This document shows, one piece after another, positions 38,137-50,309 of a stretch of DNA of 51,993 bases. A program made the translations under genes and the position numbers. This DNA is from Octopus bimaculoides. Lineage: Eukaryota. Position 1 is the stretch's first letter. Each line of letters opens with the position of its first letter. The notes beneath the pieces were generated by a model. It worked only from the letters and a program-made list of their open reading frames with translations. It was not told the origin of the DNA and ran no database searches. Where the stretch lies: the NCBI RefSeq assembly GCF_001194135.2, contig NC_068987.1, forward strand, positions 64,751,261-64,803,253. Reading direction: 5' to 3'.

Positions 38137-38345
38137 AGGGGTACCAAAAAGTTCCTGGCTTTGGATGAAAGAAAATACAGCAGGATCAGTTATGATGTTA
38201 TTCAACATCTTCCCCTTTTAGATTCACACACTCATTGCAGTGGTCCTTCAGTTTTTTTAAGCCCTGTACAAGAATCAGAAGGTTGGGCCTACAACCAGGC
38301 CTTTTGTGATACCCTTAAACCCAGGAACTTTTCAGTACCCCTTTG
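38134..38345. mobile_element. Mariner-type MITE between (TA)n tracts
   Basis: Inverted ends GAGGGGTACCAAAAAGTTCCTGGCTTT / AAACCCAGGAACTTTTCAGTACCCCTT. Confidence 0.75.
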
Positions 38346-38348
38346 TGA

Positions 38349-38407
<59 letters not shown>

Positions 38408-38442
38408 TACAACACAGAGAATTTCTGAGAAATTTTCCTTAC

Positions 38443-38535
38443 CAAAGTCAGTGCATCTATGAGAAGTTTCAATTCTGATGTTTCCAATGAAAGTTTTTCA
38501 CGCAGTTTCGTCTGCTCTTGAAGTTTCTCATCAGT
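38443..38535 (-). CDS. SPICE1: SPICE1 coding exon G (TDEKLQEQTKLREKLSLETSELKLLIDALTL), phase 0-0
   Basis: ttttcAG / GTAAGG, 93 nt. Coiled-coil pattern; LIDALT matches the recalled ELIDALTAE. Confidence 0.92.
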
Positions 38536-39879
38536 CTGAAAATTTGAAAAATTTTCATAGATATTTATTATTACTTAAAATGAAATATCTTTTATTGATT
38601 AAAAGAGAGTAGTGAGTAGCAAAATTGGTAGTCTTGTGGTATTTGTTTACAGACTTTCATGTTCGAATTTAACAGAGGTTCACATTATATCTGGTTTCAA
38701 ATTTTGGCACAAGGCCAGCAATTTCAGGCAATTGGGTAAATCAATCACATTGACCCCAATACTCAAATAGTACTTATTTTATTGACCCTGAAAAGATAAA
38801 AACAAAGTCAACCAAAGCAGTATTTGAACTCAAAATGTAAAGATGAAGGAAATGCTGCAAAGCACTCTGCCTGGCGTACTAACGATTCTACCAGCTCAAC
38901 GCCTTACAGTTTCACTTAAATGATGATGATGATTATATATATATATGCACACACACTTTCCCTTGAGTAATGCTGATAAAAGAGACTAACAGCATTTCTT
39001 CAGGTAACTAGGTTTTATGGCCACATAACTGATTCTGTCTATCTCACAAAACGTGTGTATATTATACAAAGCATTAATACCAACTATGTTTTCTTTGTTC
39101 CTTTTCTATCATGGCATGCAGATTCTGCATTGTAGCTTATCTGGAGTTATGAAGAATGTCTGTATATGTCAAAGACAGGAGCTGAGTATAGAACTGATCT
39201 ACTGCACCATCATCATCATCATTTAGCACACACTTATATACAATCCAAATAATAAGACAAAGAAAGAATTTAGTACATCTTTCACAGACCAGTTACAACT
39301 GTTCGGTACCACACTGTTTTTAATGATATTGCATGAAAAAGTTCCACGTGAAAAGTTATGTAATATATTAGTGGTTTTAAACATTAGTGTAGCATTTCAT
39401 CAGACTTGCATCAAAAGGAGAATATCCAACCATGTATGTTCAGCTGTTTGATCAATTAAATGACCAAGTTCATTGAAATAGGATGTAAGTGGCTGAGTAT
39501 TCCACAGGCTTGTGCACCTTTAATGTAATTATCAGTTAGAATTAGCATGACACAATGTGACAAAGATGGACCTTTGAATTACAAGTACAATCCATCTGAT
39601 GGGCTTTTACACAATATCTTTCACAATATCTTTTACACAATATTTTTCCGCCTAGTTTCACTAAAAAAGTAAGGCTTATTGTCAATTATGACAATGAGTA
39701 CATATATATATATATAATATACACATTACACTCTTGGAGTGGTTGGCGTTAGAAACCATGCCAAACCAGACTGGAGTCTGGTGCAGCCTTCCAGCTTGCC
39801 AGCCCCAGTCAAACCGTCCAACCCATGCCAGCATGGACAACGGACGCTAAATGATAATGATGACGATATATATATATAT

Positions 39880-40235
39880 ATAGGCACAGCAGTGAGTGCA
39901 TGGTAAAAAGCTTGCGTGGCACCTTGGGTAAGTGTCTTCTACTATAGCCTCATGCCGACCAAAGCCTTGTGAGTGGGTTTGGTAGACAGAAACTGAAAGA
40001 AGCCCATTGAACGTGTGTGTGTGTGTGCATCTGTGTTTGTCCCCCACCAATGCCTGACAACCGATGTTGGTGTGTTTACATCCCTGTAACTCAACAGTTT
40101 GGCAAAGAGACTGATAGAATAAATACCAGGCTTAAAGAAATAAAAGTACTGGGGCTGATTCATACAACTAAAATTCTTCAAGGCGGTGCCCCAGTATGGC
40201 TACAGTCTGACTGAAACAAGTAAAAGAATAAAAGA
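39880..40235 (+). mobile_element. tRNA-derived SINE (major family), with a deletion in the head
   Basis: Same body and tail as the other copies; ends about 50 nt from SPICE1 exon F. Confidence 0.85.
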
Positions 40236-40283
40236 ATACACACACACACACACGATTTAGATACTGATAATAGAATCACTTAC

Positions 40284-40430
40284 TTCTCTCAGGTATCGAC
40301 ACAACTTAATAACTGTCTGACAAAGAGACATTGTGTAGCCTGAAAATGTCTCCTTTTGTTGCTTCTCAGCTGGTACCTTACCAGTGTTTTCTTCATAAAT
40401 AACCATTTCTCGCTGCATTTCTTCCAGCAC
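40284..40430 (-). CDS. SPICE1: SPICE1 coding exon F (VLEEMQREMVIYEENTGKVPAEKQQKETFSGYTMSLCQTVIKLCRYLRE), phase 0-0
   Basis: Canonical sites (ttttttAG / GTAAGT), 147 nt. Clearest match, to the recalled EVEHEMEEYERWTG...[21 protein letters not shown]. Confidence 0.93.
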
Positions 40431-40971
40431 CTAAAAAACAAAAACAACATTTTATATATGTGATTAGAATGCCAAAAGAAGGGATCACAAAATATATGCA
40501 CTTCATGCTGAGCCAACTGTTAGGAGACCTACAAGGAAAACAAGTGAATTGGTTGGATAATATCCACAGTCTTAGTTGGTCACACTTGGGAATCCAGCGG
40601 GAATGTCTGAAGATGGTTGATTCGGAGAACTCTGTATGGAGGAGGTGCCTGATGATTCTACTCCCGCAGAACTCTCAGAAATTGTGAGCAGTGAAAATCA
40701 ATGGAAGAATGATTGAATGAATACATATATCATTGATTTAATATTTATTTTTCTATGCTTGCATGGGTCAGTTTTTCTTCAACCAGATGCATTGCCTGTT
40801 GCAAACTCTCACCTGTTTCCAAGCAAGGTAATATTTTATTTTCCCATGAGTGGGCATGTTTTGACAGAAGACTGGAAATGAGGGGCTCTGCTTGTATGAT
40901 GGTGATGCTTATTTACAACTATCCCCTGTTGTCAAGATAAGGAGACACAAGCACACAAATACATGCACATG

Positions 40972-41135
40972 CATGGGCTTCTTTCAGTCTCCAACTCCCA
41001 AATCCACTCACAAGGCTTTGGTCAGCCTGGGGCTATTGTAGAAGACACTTGCCCAAAGTGTCTAACAGTGGGTCTGAACCTGAAACTATGTGGTTGCAAA
41101 CCAACATTTTTAACTGCACACCAATACCTGCATCG
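40972..41135 (-). mobile_element. tRNA-derived SINE head fragment
   Basis: Reverse-complement match to the first half of the major SINE. Confidence 0.75.
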
Positions 41136-41408
41136 ACATAAACAACACCAGCAATATATACATCTGACACCTTAAGCAATTGACAGACTCTCCTGTCGAA
41201 GATGACATATGAGTGTTCAGCATCGCCAAACGACTTGCACAAAGTATTTGCTTATAGCAGTGATTCCCAAACTTTTTCAGACTACCACCCACTTGATACC
41301 AAGCCAGATTCCTCGCTTTCCCTACCCCAACTAACCATCACAAATACAGACCTCTTTCTGAAGCAATTTCAAAGCAACTGTATTTCACAAATAAAACTTA
41401 ACCTAATG

Positions 41409-41573
41409 GAGGCGTAGGAGTGGCTGTGTGGTAAGTAGCTTGCTTACCAACCACATGGTTACGGGTTCAATCCCACTATGTGGCACCTTGGGCAAGTGTC
41501 TTCTACTATAGCCTTGGGCCGACCAAAGCCTTGTGAGTTGATTTGGTAGACGGAAACTGAAAGAAACCCGTCG

Positions 41574-41612
<39 letters not shown>

Positions 41613-41814
41613 TTGTGTGTCTGTGTTTGTCTCCCCAACATCGCTTGACAACCGATGGTGGTGTGTTTACGTCCCCGTAACTTAGCAGTTTGGCAAAAGA
41701 GACTGATACAATAAGTACTAGGCTTACAAAGAATAAGTTCTGTGGTCAATTTGCCCAACTAAAGGCCGTGCTCCAGCATGGTCACAGTCAAATAACTGAA
41801 ACAAGTAAAAGAGT
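41409..41814 (+). mobile_element. Full-length tRNA-derived SINE (major family)
   Basis: Pol III A-box-like TGGCTGTGTGG and B-box-like GGTTCAATCCC, internal (TA)(TG) tract, tail GAAACAAGTAAAAGAG. Many paralogues in the window. Confidence 0.9.
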
Positions 41815-42274
41815 AATGAACCCATTATTTTGTTGTTTTTATATGAATTGCTACCCCATCATCACCCTACTTTTTACATGAATCACTACCCCATTATCGC
41901 CCCACTTTTCTTCAATGCCCTCTTGGAGCTTTCCTGTGGTGGTGGTGGTGGTGGGGGCAATACCGCCCACTTTGGGAACCATTGGTTAATAAGGATCAAA
42001 TGTATAGGCCATACATTAGCTCACTCCCTCCATCAATTCAACGTTGCCTGAACAAGTGCAGGGTGTACCACATGTCAGGTGTTGAAGTGATAGCAGAGCA
42101 ACATGAGAAGAAGTGTTTTGCTCAAGAACACAATGCACCACCTGATCTAGGAAGTGAAACCACGATCTTGAGATCATGAGTGCAGCACCCTAACCACTAG
42201 ATCATGTGTCCTCACAGTTAAGCAATCAAGGAACCAAGAAAGGAATAAAAGAACCTTCAACAAAAATAATTAAC

Positions 42275-42474
42275 CTTTTTCAGATCTTTGAGGGTGAATC
42301 CAGACTCTGAGTGTGATATTTCTCCATTTCTGTCAGAAGTGGGCTCCTCATCAGAAATATCTGCATGCAAAACCCTGCGAACCTTGTTCACTTTTGTTGT
42401 GTCATTAACAGCTGTGTTAGGACCCCTGTTGTTCTGAACTGGGGTGAAAGCACCCGGAACATCTGGGGGATTTT
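42275..42474 (-). CDS. SPICE1: SPICE1 coding exon E (NPPDVPGAFTPVQNNRGPNTAVNDTTKVNKVRRVL...TLKDLKK), phase 1-0
   Basis: Acceptor tttttccattttccAG, donor AAG|GTTAAT, 200 nt. TAVNDTTKVNKVRRVL resembles the recalled AALNATNAVKRLQTRL. Confidence 0.85.
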
Positions 42475-42532
42475 CTGGAAAATGGAAAAACAATAAAAAT
42501 AAATATAAAAATTAAGATAATTATAATATTTT

Positions 42533-42793
42533 ATCTTTTGCTTGTTTCAGTCACTGGACTATGGCCATGCTAAGGCACCACCTTGAAGGATGGGGACAAG
42601 CACAGACACATTATACACACACACACACAATAGGCTTCCACACAGTTTCTGTCTGCCAAACTCACTAACAAGGTACTGGATGGCTTAGAGCTATAGTAGA
42701 AGATATTTCCCCAAAGTGCTGTGCAGTGGGACTGAACATGAAACTACATGATTGCAAAGTGAACTTCTTAATTACACAGCCATGCCTGTGCAC
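42533..42793 (-). mobile_element. tRNA-derived SINE (major family), internally deleted
   Basis: Reverse-complement head and tail; begins about 60 nt from the exon E acceptor. Confidence 0.8.
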
Positions 42794-44299
42794 AAAATAA
42801 TGTTTATTTTACCAAGGCTATAACATTGCTTTAATGCTTGTTGAAGGTGCATCACTTAGTGGTTAGTGTAAGTTATGATAAACACAAGTCTATATTACTA
42901 TTAGTTTCTATGTACATTTCCTCATTTTGGCTGTTTGGAACTTTGCATTGGATGTTCCAAGTGCAACTGGATGTTTAACCACAATGGATCATCAAAGGAA
43001 CATTTTATTGCATTATGTTAGAGAACTAATGTGTATATATATATANNNNNNNNNNNNNNNNNNNNNNNNNNNNNNNNNNNNNNNNNNNNNNNNNNNNNNN
43101 NNNNNNNNNNNNNNNNNNNNNNNNNNNNNNNNNNNNNNNNNNNNNNNNNNNNNNNNNNNNNNNNNNNNNNNTATATATATATATATATATGTAGGTGCAG
43201 TATGGCTGAACAAATGGTAAAAAAGGTCACTTTGCAATCATGAAGTCCCTGTTTAAATTCTCCTGCCTTGCATTTCGGCTAAATGTCATCAAATCATGTG
43301 AAGGCATGTGGCTTAGTGGTTAAGGATATTTGGTTCAGGAGTTCAATTCCCGGTGGTGTGTTGTATACTGGAGCAAGACACTTTATTTCATGTTTCTCCA
43401 GTCCACTCAGCTAGCAAAGATGAGTTGTACCTGTGATTCAAAGGGCCAGCTTTGTCACAGTCAGTGTCATGCCGAATCTCCCTTAGAACTATGTTAAGAG
43501 TATGCATGTCTGTGGAGTGCTCAGTTACTTGCAGATTAACTTCATGAGCAGGTTGTTCTGTTGATCAAATCAACTAGAATACTTGTAGTCATAACCAACA
43601 GGTGGGGCAATGTTTGTCTGATTTTTGAACTATTTCCTTCAACCTAGACATTGACCATAGCTGCTGCTGACACAGAATTTTGACTGTCTTTGATTCACAA
43701 CCATGTGGGATTGAGCATGAAACAGTGTAGAGGTGTCTTCAACTACAGCCTTGGGTCACCATTTGATTGAAATAATGGGAGACAGAAACTGTATAAAAGT
43801 CCACTGTGTGTGTGTGTGTGTGTGTGTGTTCCCATGCATGCACACAAGCAAGAATGAGCATATGTGGGTTGCAATATGATTGACCAAAGCCAAATTCTGA
43901 TGACTGAAACCAGTAAAAAAAGGAAAAAAAAGAAAAAAGAAAGAAAGAAAATAAAAGCATATTTGTCTTTTCCTGAGTTGGTTTAGATACTGAAAACTTC
44001 ATCTAACCGCTCTTCTAACTACTGCCCTTAGACAATAGACCAGTAATACAAACAATCATTAAACGGTATAGACATGATGGCTTCATAAAGCAAATATCAA
44101 GGCAATAAGCTTCAATACCTTAAATAGCTAATAAAAAATAACTAATGGTGGCATCTTAATCAGCTAAACTTCTGAAGGTGATACTCCAGAATGGCCACTG
44201 TCCAACGACTGAGACAAGTCAAAAGAATAAAAGAATGTAGAGACAATAGACCAGTGGTCATAAGAAACCCAGTTATTAAATAAAGGTTTCTATCTTCTC

Positions 44300-44770
44300 T
44301 CTCTGAGGGGTACTCATAAGTGGGCTGGTTGCACCCCACACTTGGATGGGCTTTTAACGTTCCACTGGCACGAGTGCCAATCAGGCAGTACTGTCATTGA
44401 CCACATCAGCGATTTTGATTTTGATTGAAGACCTCAATAGGTCTTCGCAAGCAAAGTCTATTGTCCAATGAATGAGGGGTACTCATAAGTGGGCTGGTTA
44501 CACCCACTGGAATAGGCCATGGGCTATGGTCTCACTTGGCTTGTTGGGTCTTCTCAAGCACAGCATATCTCCAAAGGTCTCAGTCAATAGTCATTGCCTC
44601 GGTAAGGCCCAATGTTCGAAGGTCGTACTTCACCACCTCATCCCAGGTCTTCCTGGGTCTACCTCTTCCACAGGTTCCCTCAACTGCTAAGGTGTGACAC
44701 TTTTTCACAAAGCTGTCCTCATTCATTCGCAACACATGGCCATACCAGCGCAGTCGTCTCTCTTGTGCAC
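44300..44770 (-). mobile_element. RTE-clade LINE 3' end
   Basis: RRLRWYGHVLRMNEDSFVKKCHTLAVEGTCGRGRPRKTWDEVV, plus the 3' UTR. Confidence 0.85.
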
Positions 44771-45749
44771 CACATATAGATATATGCAAGATATTCATGG
44801 CTGGAACAACTCTAGTCATAGGTTTGCAAGTTCAGGGTCAACCTGGGGTTAAAAACAGCAAACAGCATCAGCTAATTTAGCAAGGTTGCAAACCAGTTTG
44901 GCAAGTGGCTTAGTCCTGTAAATAAACTGATTTGAAGTAATATGAATGAGATCAATACAGATTAATCATTAAGAAAACATTAAGAAACATCAGATTGTTA
45001 GTGATGATGGTGGAACATTAGGAAGTTTTGATGGTTTTAGTTTTCTACAGAGTATAAATACAAATGAAATGAAATGGGCTTTCACTTCATAAAACTGAAA
45101 CTTCAGTTGCTGACAGAAGATAACTACAACAATAACCCCAACAATTGTAGCTTCCTAGCAATCATTATTCAATGTGCATAAGGATTAGGCTGGTCCACCT
45201 GATGTGGTTGATGCTGATCATATCTTGCTTTTCTTTTATTATCAACAATCATTTTTATGTCCACTTTTTTCATGCTGGCATGGGTTGGACAAGACTTCTT
45301 GAGGTAGTATTCTGTGGCTGGATGTTCTCCTCGATGCCAATGCCAACTGTTACATGTTCTTATGTTAGGTGTTCCAGTGGTCTTACATACTGAATCAATG
45401 AACTCTGAGATGTATTGGTTATGTGGAACATAACAAACTTTACTGCAACCCAAGCAATGAAAAAACACATAGAGGCAAACACACACATACATTTATATAT
45501 TTATGTGTGTATGCATGTGTGTGTGTTCAAAACCACATAGCCATGGACTTCTGTACAGTTTCCATCTTCCAAATTTTATTCATAAGACATCAGCCAACTG
45601 AAGGTTATAACAGAAAACACCTATCCAAAGTACAACACAGTACAATCAACCTGAGACCACATGAAAGTGAAGCTAACCACACAATCATGCCTATGCCAAC
45701 AACAATAAGAAAACAAAGGCTAGCAGTAATAACTTTGATAGCTTTCCCA

Positions 45750-46760
45750 CCCCATCCTTTCACTTAACAACTATGTTTTTAGCTACAATCACCTCCACTT
45801 CTGAATAGGTTACCTATGTAATAGGATTTACCAACTACTTCTAACAAACCTCCTAGGCTATTGAAAGACTTCATTTCTTGATTGCTTTTACAGCTAACAT
45901 GCTCATGTACTTTATTACAGATGAAATCCTACTTCTCAGTCAGCTTGTCTGAGATTCCACTGTACCTTTTGTATATCCATTGTTGCATTGGATACACAGA
46001 ATGCAGTTCCTGCCAATTCTCTTTTTCATATATCAAACATGGCCACTTCACACTTAGTAATAATGGATTCTTTTCTTCTTTCTTGATAAACTGATCTTTA
46101 GGGTTGTGAATCTACATCCTGCTTCTAGATTAGGAACTTTTTCTCCAAATCACCAACTGATTTACTTATGATAACTAAATCACTGGCATACAGGAATTGC
46201 CAAGGACAGCCAGTTTTGAACTCTTCTGTTACAATGGTAAACAGGAGGAAGAGACTGAGAAGTGAACTTAATTAAACACCAACCTGAATATTAAAGTTTT
46301 CAAAGAGCTTGTTGCTAAGTGCCACATTGCTAAGTCTCATATTCATGACTAACATAGCTCACACAAGCCATTCATCCACACCTGGTTATCTTAGCAACTA
46401 TCAGACTACAGGTTGTGGTACCCACTCAAAGATATTCTCCAAGCCAGTCAACAAACGTTAAGTATAATAGAGTGTTCTTGGCTAAGCACTTCTCTTGTAG
46501 CAAGCTCTCCAAGAAGACAGTATTGGTAGTTCTGCATCCTGGTACAACCTCATCCAAAGTCTATCTCACCTAAGATAGTTCTCTCCTTGATCAGCCTAGC
46601 TATAGCTTTCTCTGCCATTTTCATGTAACTGGTTCATCATTTTAATGCCACTGCACTTAATTCTTTCTAGAGCATCTCATTTGCTCTTGTAGTAGTTCAC
46701 GATTGATGCTATTGCGCCAATCACTGGGTTTAGCATCTCCTTGCACTACCTGAGTGACTA
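45750..46760 (-). mobile_element. Decayed RTE-clade LINE reverse transcriptase core, inside a SPICE1 intron
   Basis: FKTGCPWQFLYASDLVI (YADD-like motif at 46179-46190) and LQEKCLAKNTLLYLTFVD; multiple stops and frameshifts. Confidence 0.82.
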
Positions 46761-47192
46761 AGTGTAGAAATCAGCATTTCTCATATGTACTAAATATCCT
46801 CCCACCACCTGCTGCTGTTGCCACCAACACCACCACCAATAACAGCAGCAGTAGTAGTAGCAAAAGTAGCATGTGGTGGCTGCTAGCATTTACATTAATA
46901 ATATATCTTGTATCTGTTTGCTTTACTTTATCTAACAGGTTCAACTGCTATTTGATGATAGAAGAGCTAGAATTAGGAAAGACAACCATCCATATAAAAG
47001 AAATCATTGCTCCAACACACACACAGAGAAAAAAACTAAAAACAAAAAGAAAAAAACACCATGCATGCAAACATGGAACTAAAAGAATAAAACAATTTGT
47101 GTGTTTGTGTGTGTTAGTAAAAATTAATGCGTGTGTGTGTGTATAAGTAAAAATGAATTTGTGTGTGTGTGTTAGTAAAAATTAATAAATAC

Positions 47193-47357
47193 GTTTAAGT
47201 ATGTTGTTCATCTGTGATGATGATTGGTCTTGTAAGGAATACTGGGCTGCTAAAAGGTTCTTCTCTTCTGTTTCTAACAGCTTCCGGAACCGTTCCATGT
47301 CACTGTGACTAGTATATGTGACTGATGGTAATGATTCAGTTGATGCTGAGGTCAACT
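47193..47357 (-). CDS. SPICE1: SPICE1 coding exon D (LTSASTESLPSVTYTSHSDMERFRKLLETEEKNL...NNILK), phase 1-1
   Basis: 165 nt. DMERFRKLLETEEKNL resembles the recalled NTDRFLQQLTEENFEL. Acceptor CAG at 47358-47360, with an alternative in-frame GAG 6 nt upstream. Weak donor GTATTT. Confidence 0.78.
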
Positions 47358-48437
47358 CTGATCCTCATTTGAAACACAGTCCATAGGCCAAGGAGGAGAA
47401 AGAAAGAGAGATTAGTTAAAATACTGATTTCTAACAAAATTAACAAGACAGGCGGGGGCCATAAATTTGAGAGCAGAGTCCTATTGAGTCGCTTTGCTTG
47501 ACTCATTGCATTGACTCCAGTGTTTCACTTGTACTTAATTCATCAATCCTGAAAGGATGAAAGGCAAAGTCCACCTCAGTGGAATTTGAACTCAGAATGT
47601 GATGGGTGAAATACTGCTAAGAGTAATAAATCCAATTATCACACATTTTACCTTTTGTTATTTAATCATTATAGGTACTCAATGTTTCTCATTGCTTGAA
47701 CACCGGCATCATATGATTATGTGTATATATTAACTCAAATACATTTCCTACATTTATAGACTGGAGTGTAATTGAACACAAAATTCTAAATATATGGTTA
47801 TATGCTGTACCTTATAATGACATTATTAACACACATATTGTTTTCCATGGACAGATTTTCTATTGTCGATACCCTTCGTGTTGCCAACTCTCACCAGTTT
47901 TCAAGCAAGGTAATATTTCCCCAAGGCTGGACATGTTCTCATGGAAATCTATAAACAAAGGACACTGCTTGCATGACAGTGACATGAATTTGCAACTATT
48001 GTACCATGTGAAGAAAAGAGGACACAACTTCCACTCCCTATATATATATATATATATATATCATCATCATCATCATCATCATCGTTTAACGTCCGCTTTC
48101 CATGCTAGCATGGGTTGGACGATTTGACTGAGGACTGGTGAAACCGGATGGCAACACCAGATAATATTAGGGATAAAAATCCAAATTTACAGGTAAAAAC
48201 TCAATTAAATTCAATTTATTAAAAAAATTAAATTAAATTAAGTTCCACAGTATAAAATATAAATATATAGTTTTAGAGAAAAGAACCAAAGTTCATGAAC
48301 TTATCCATGAAAATCCACAGTCACATATAGAAAAACGTGACTGNNNNNNNNNNNNNNNNNNNNNNNNNNNNNNNNNNNNNNNNNNNNNNNNNNNNNNNNN
48401 NNNNNNNNNNNNNNNNNNNNNNNNNNNNNNNNNNNNN

Positions 48438-48655
48438 CTAATGTTCAGCTTTTCTCTCAAGATACTTACACTCTGACGGGTATTCACATTGACATTACAC
48501 ATCCAACGGAGCATACTGGCTTCATTCCTTGCGAGCTTACGTATGTCCTCAGCAGTTACAGCCCATGTTTCACTGCCATGTAGCATGGCTGTTCGTACGC
48601 ATGCATCATACAGTCTGCCTTTTACTCTGAGTGAGAGTCCCTTTGTCGCCAGCAG
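48438..48655 (-). mobile_element. Relatively young RTE-clade LINE fragment interrupted by an assembly gap
   Basis: LLATKGLSLRVKGRLYDACVRTAMLHGSETWAVTAED; the family tail with (CAT)n is at about 48062-48160. Confidence 0.85.
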
Positions 48656-49232
48656 GGGTATATATAGACATGCATGATGGGTCTCTTTCAGTTTCTGTTT
48701 ACTAAATCCACTCACAGTGCTTTGGTTGGCTTAGAGCTATAGTAGAAGACATTATTCCAAAGCACAATGCAATCAGATTGAACCCAAAACTACATAGCTG
48801 GGAAGTGAACTTCTTAACCACAGAAACATAACTGATTGACCCCCTTGATTAAGGGGGTAAAGAATGCAGAATACTGAAGTCCTTGTTTGTGAAGGGATAT
48901 TTACAGCTCCTAAAGCCAACTTTATTTGCTACAAGTATATCAGTTATACTTTTTCAGAAAAGCTTTCCACTTTGTTCAGTTGATAACATCGTTAGTTTTC
49001 CCAATATGATGCTTCTTATAGATTTATCAATGGATTGTGATGTTCTTCACAGAGTAAACGAGAAGATATCATGGTACTACAGCTGCATGTTCCCTGTTTG
49101 TAGATAATGCTTGCTCAACTGGGTATTAGTTTTAAAGGTGTTAGTAAGAACAGGAATTCTAACAAATATAACAGATGTAACATTTATATCTACGTGAATG
49201 AATAAAAGGGATTAAACAGAAGTATCTACAAC

Positions 49233-49333
49233 CTTGTTTATGACAGTCATCATTAAGGGCTGACACATCCATTAAACTGCTGCTTAATGTATCCAGATGG
49301 CTATGGAACTCAGGGACTTCTTTTGGCAGGGAA
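49233..49333 (-). CDS. SPICE1: SPICE1 coding exon C (SLPKEVPEFHSHLDTLSSSLMDVSALNDDCHKQ), phase 2-1
   Basis: Acceptor attatAG, donor AAG|GTTGTA, 101 nt. Phases fit both neighbours. SSSLMDVSALND resembles the recalled NESVIEPQALND. Confidence 0.8.
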
Positions 49334-49789
49334 CTATAATAATAATATTAACCGTTAATAATAAAGAGTGAATAACAAAGAAATTGAAAAGAAAAAAATG
49401 AGAAATATCAGAATTTAGCAAGACAGATGTAGAAATTGCAGAAGACAAAGACAACAATTATTCCTGTGGTAATTGGTGCAGTTGGCATAAAATCACAATG
49501 GAAGTCACAATTGAACTATGAAATGAACATCTATACTACAACAAATACAGTACACATTGGCCACACAGTAAAATACTGAATAGACATTGACTAGGGATAT
49601 TTGGACTAAACTGAACCAACTAGAAACCAACAGATCCTTGTTCTTGCACTACACAGGCTCATATATACAACTGGCACTTTGCCCTTTCTGTAAGACCCAC
49701 AATGTGTACCTACACTGACAGATATACATATCACGAGGATCAATCCACAAAAGCAGTGCAACTTTATGACAGTAATACAAGGTTCCAGG

Positions 49790-50215
49790 AGGGAGGTTAA
49801 CAATAACACAACAATATGGAAACAAACATCACAGTGGTGATGGCAATGATGAAAATGACGACAACGACGATGATGAAAATGATGACAACGACGATGATGA
49901 AAATGATGAAGATGACAATGATGGTGATGATGATGAAAACGATGATGACAATGATGATGGTGATGATGAAAATGATGATGATGATGAAAACGATGATGAT
50001 GATGATGGTGATGATGAAAATGACGATGATGATTATGAAAACGATGATGATGATAACAATGATCGATAATGACATTTATAATGATGATGACAGCAATAAC
50101 AACACTGATAAAATAATAACAATGATGGCAATTCTAATGAAGCAAATGATAACAATAATGAGGATGATAATAGCATTGATCATAGCAATGATAGTGGTGG
50201 TGATGGCGACAGAAA
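49790..50215. repeat. Compound (ATG)n/(AAT)n trinucleotide repeat in a SPICE1 intron
   Basis: Visible directly; gives a spurious Met-rich ORF. Confidence 0.92.
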
Positions 50216-50244
50216 AACAGCAATAAATTTTTTTTGCTACTCAC

Positions 50245-50309
50245 ATTTTATGGATTGCACCTGGTTCAGAATTGGGTGCAACAGTAACAGAGGGAAATGC
50301 TTGGTACCT
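50245..50309 (-). CDS. SPICE1: SPICE1 coding exon B (RYQAFPSVTVAPNSEPGAIHK), phase 0-2
   Basis: Acceptor ccttgcAG, donor GTGAGT, 65 nt. Matches the recalled conserved motif GFPNVTVAPDS. Confidence 0.9.

Noticed and set aside
41421-41474. tRNA-like A and B boxes
   Set aside because: They are SINE heads with no cloverleaf, so no tRNA gene is called.
49797-50226. Met-rich 136-aa ORF (+) and Ile-rich ORF (-)
   Set aside because: Produced by the (ATG)n repeat inside a SPICE1 intron; no splice or codon evidence.
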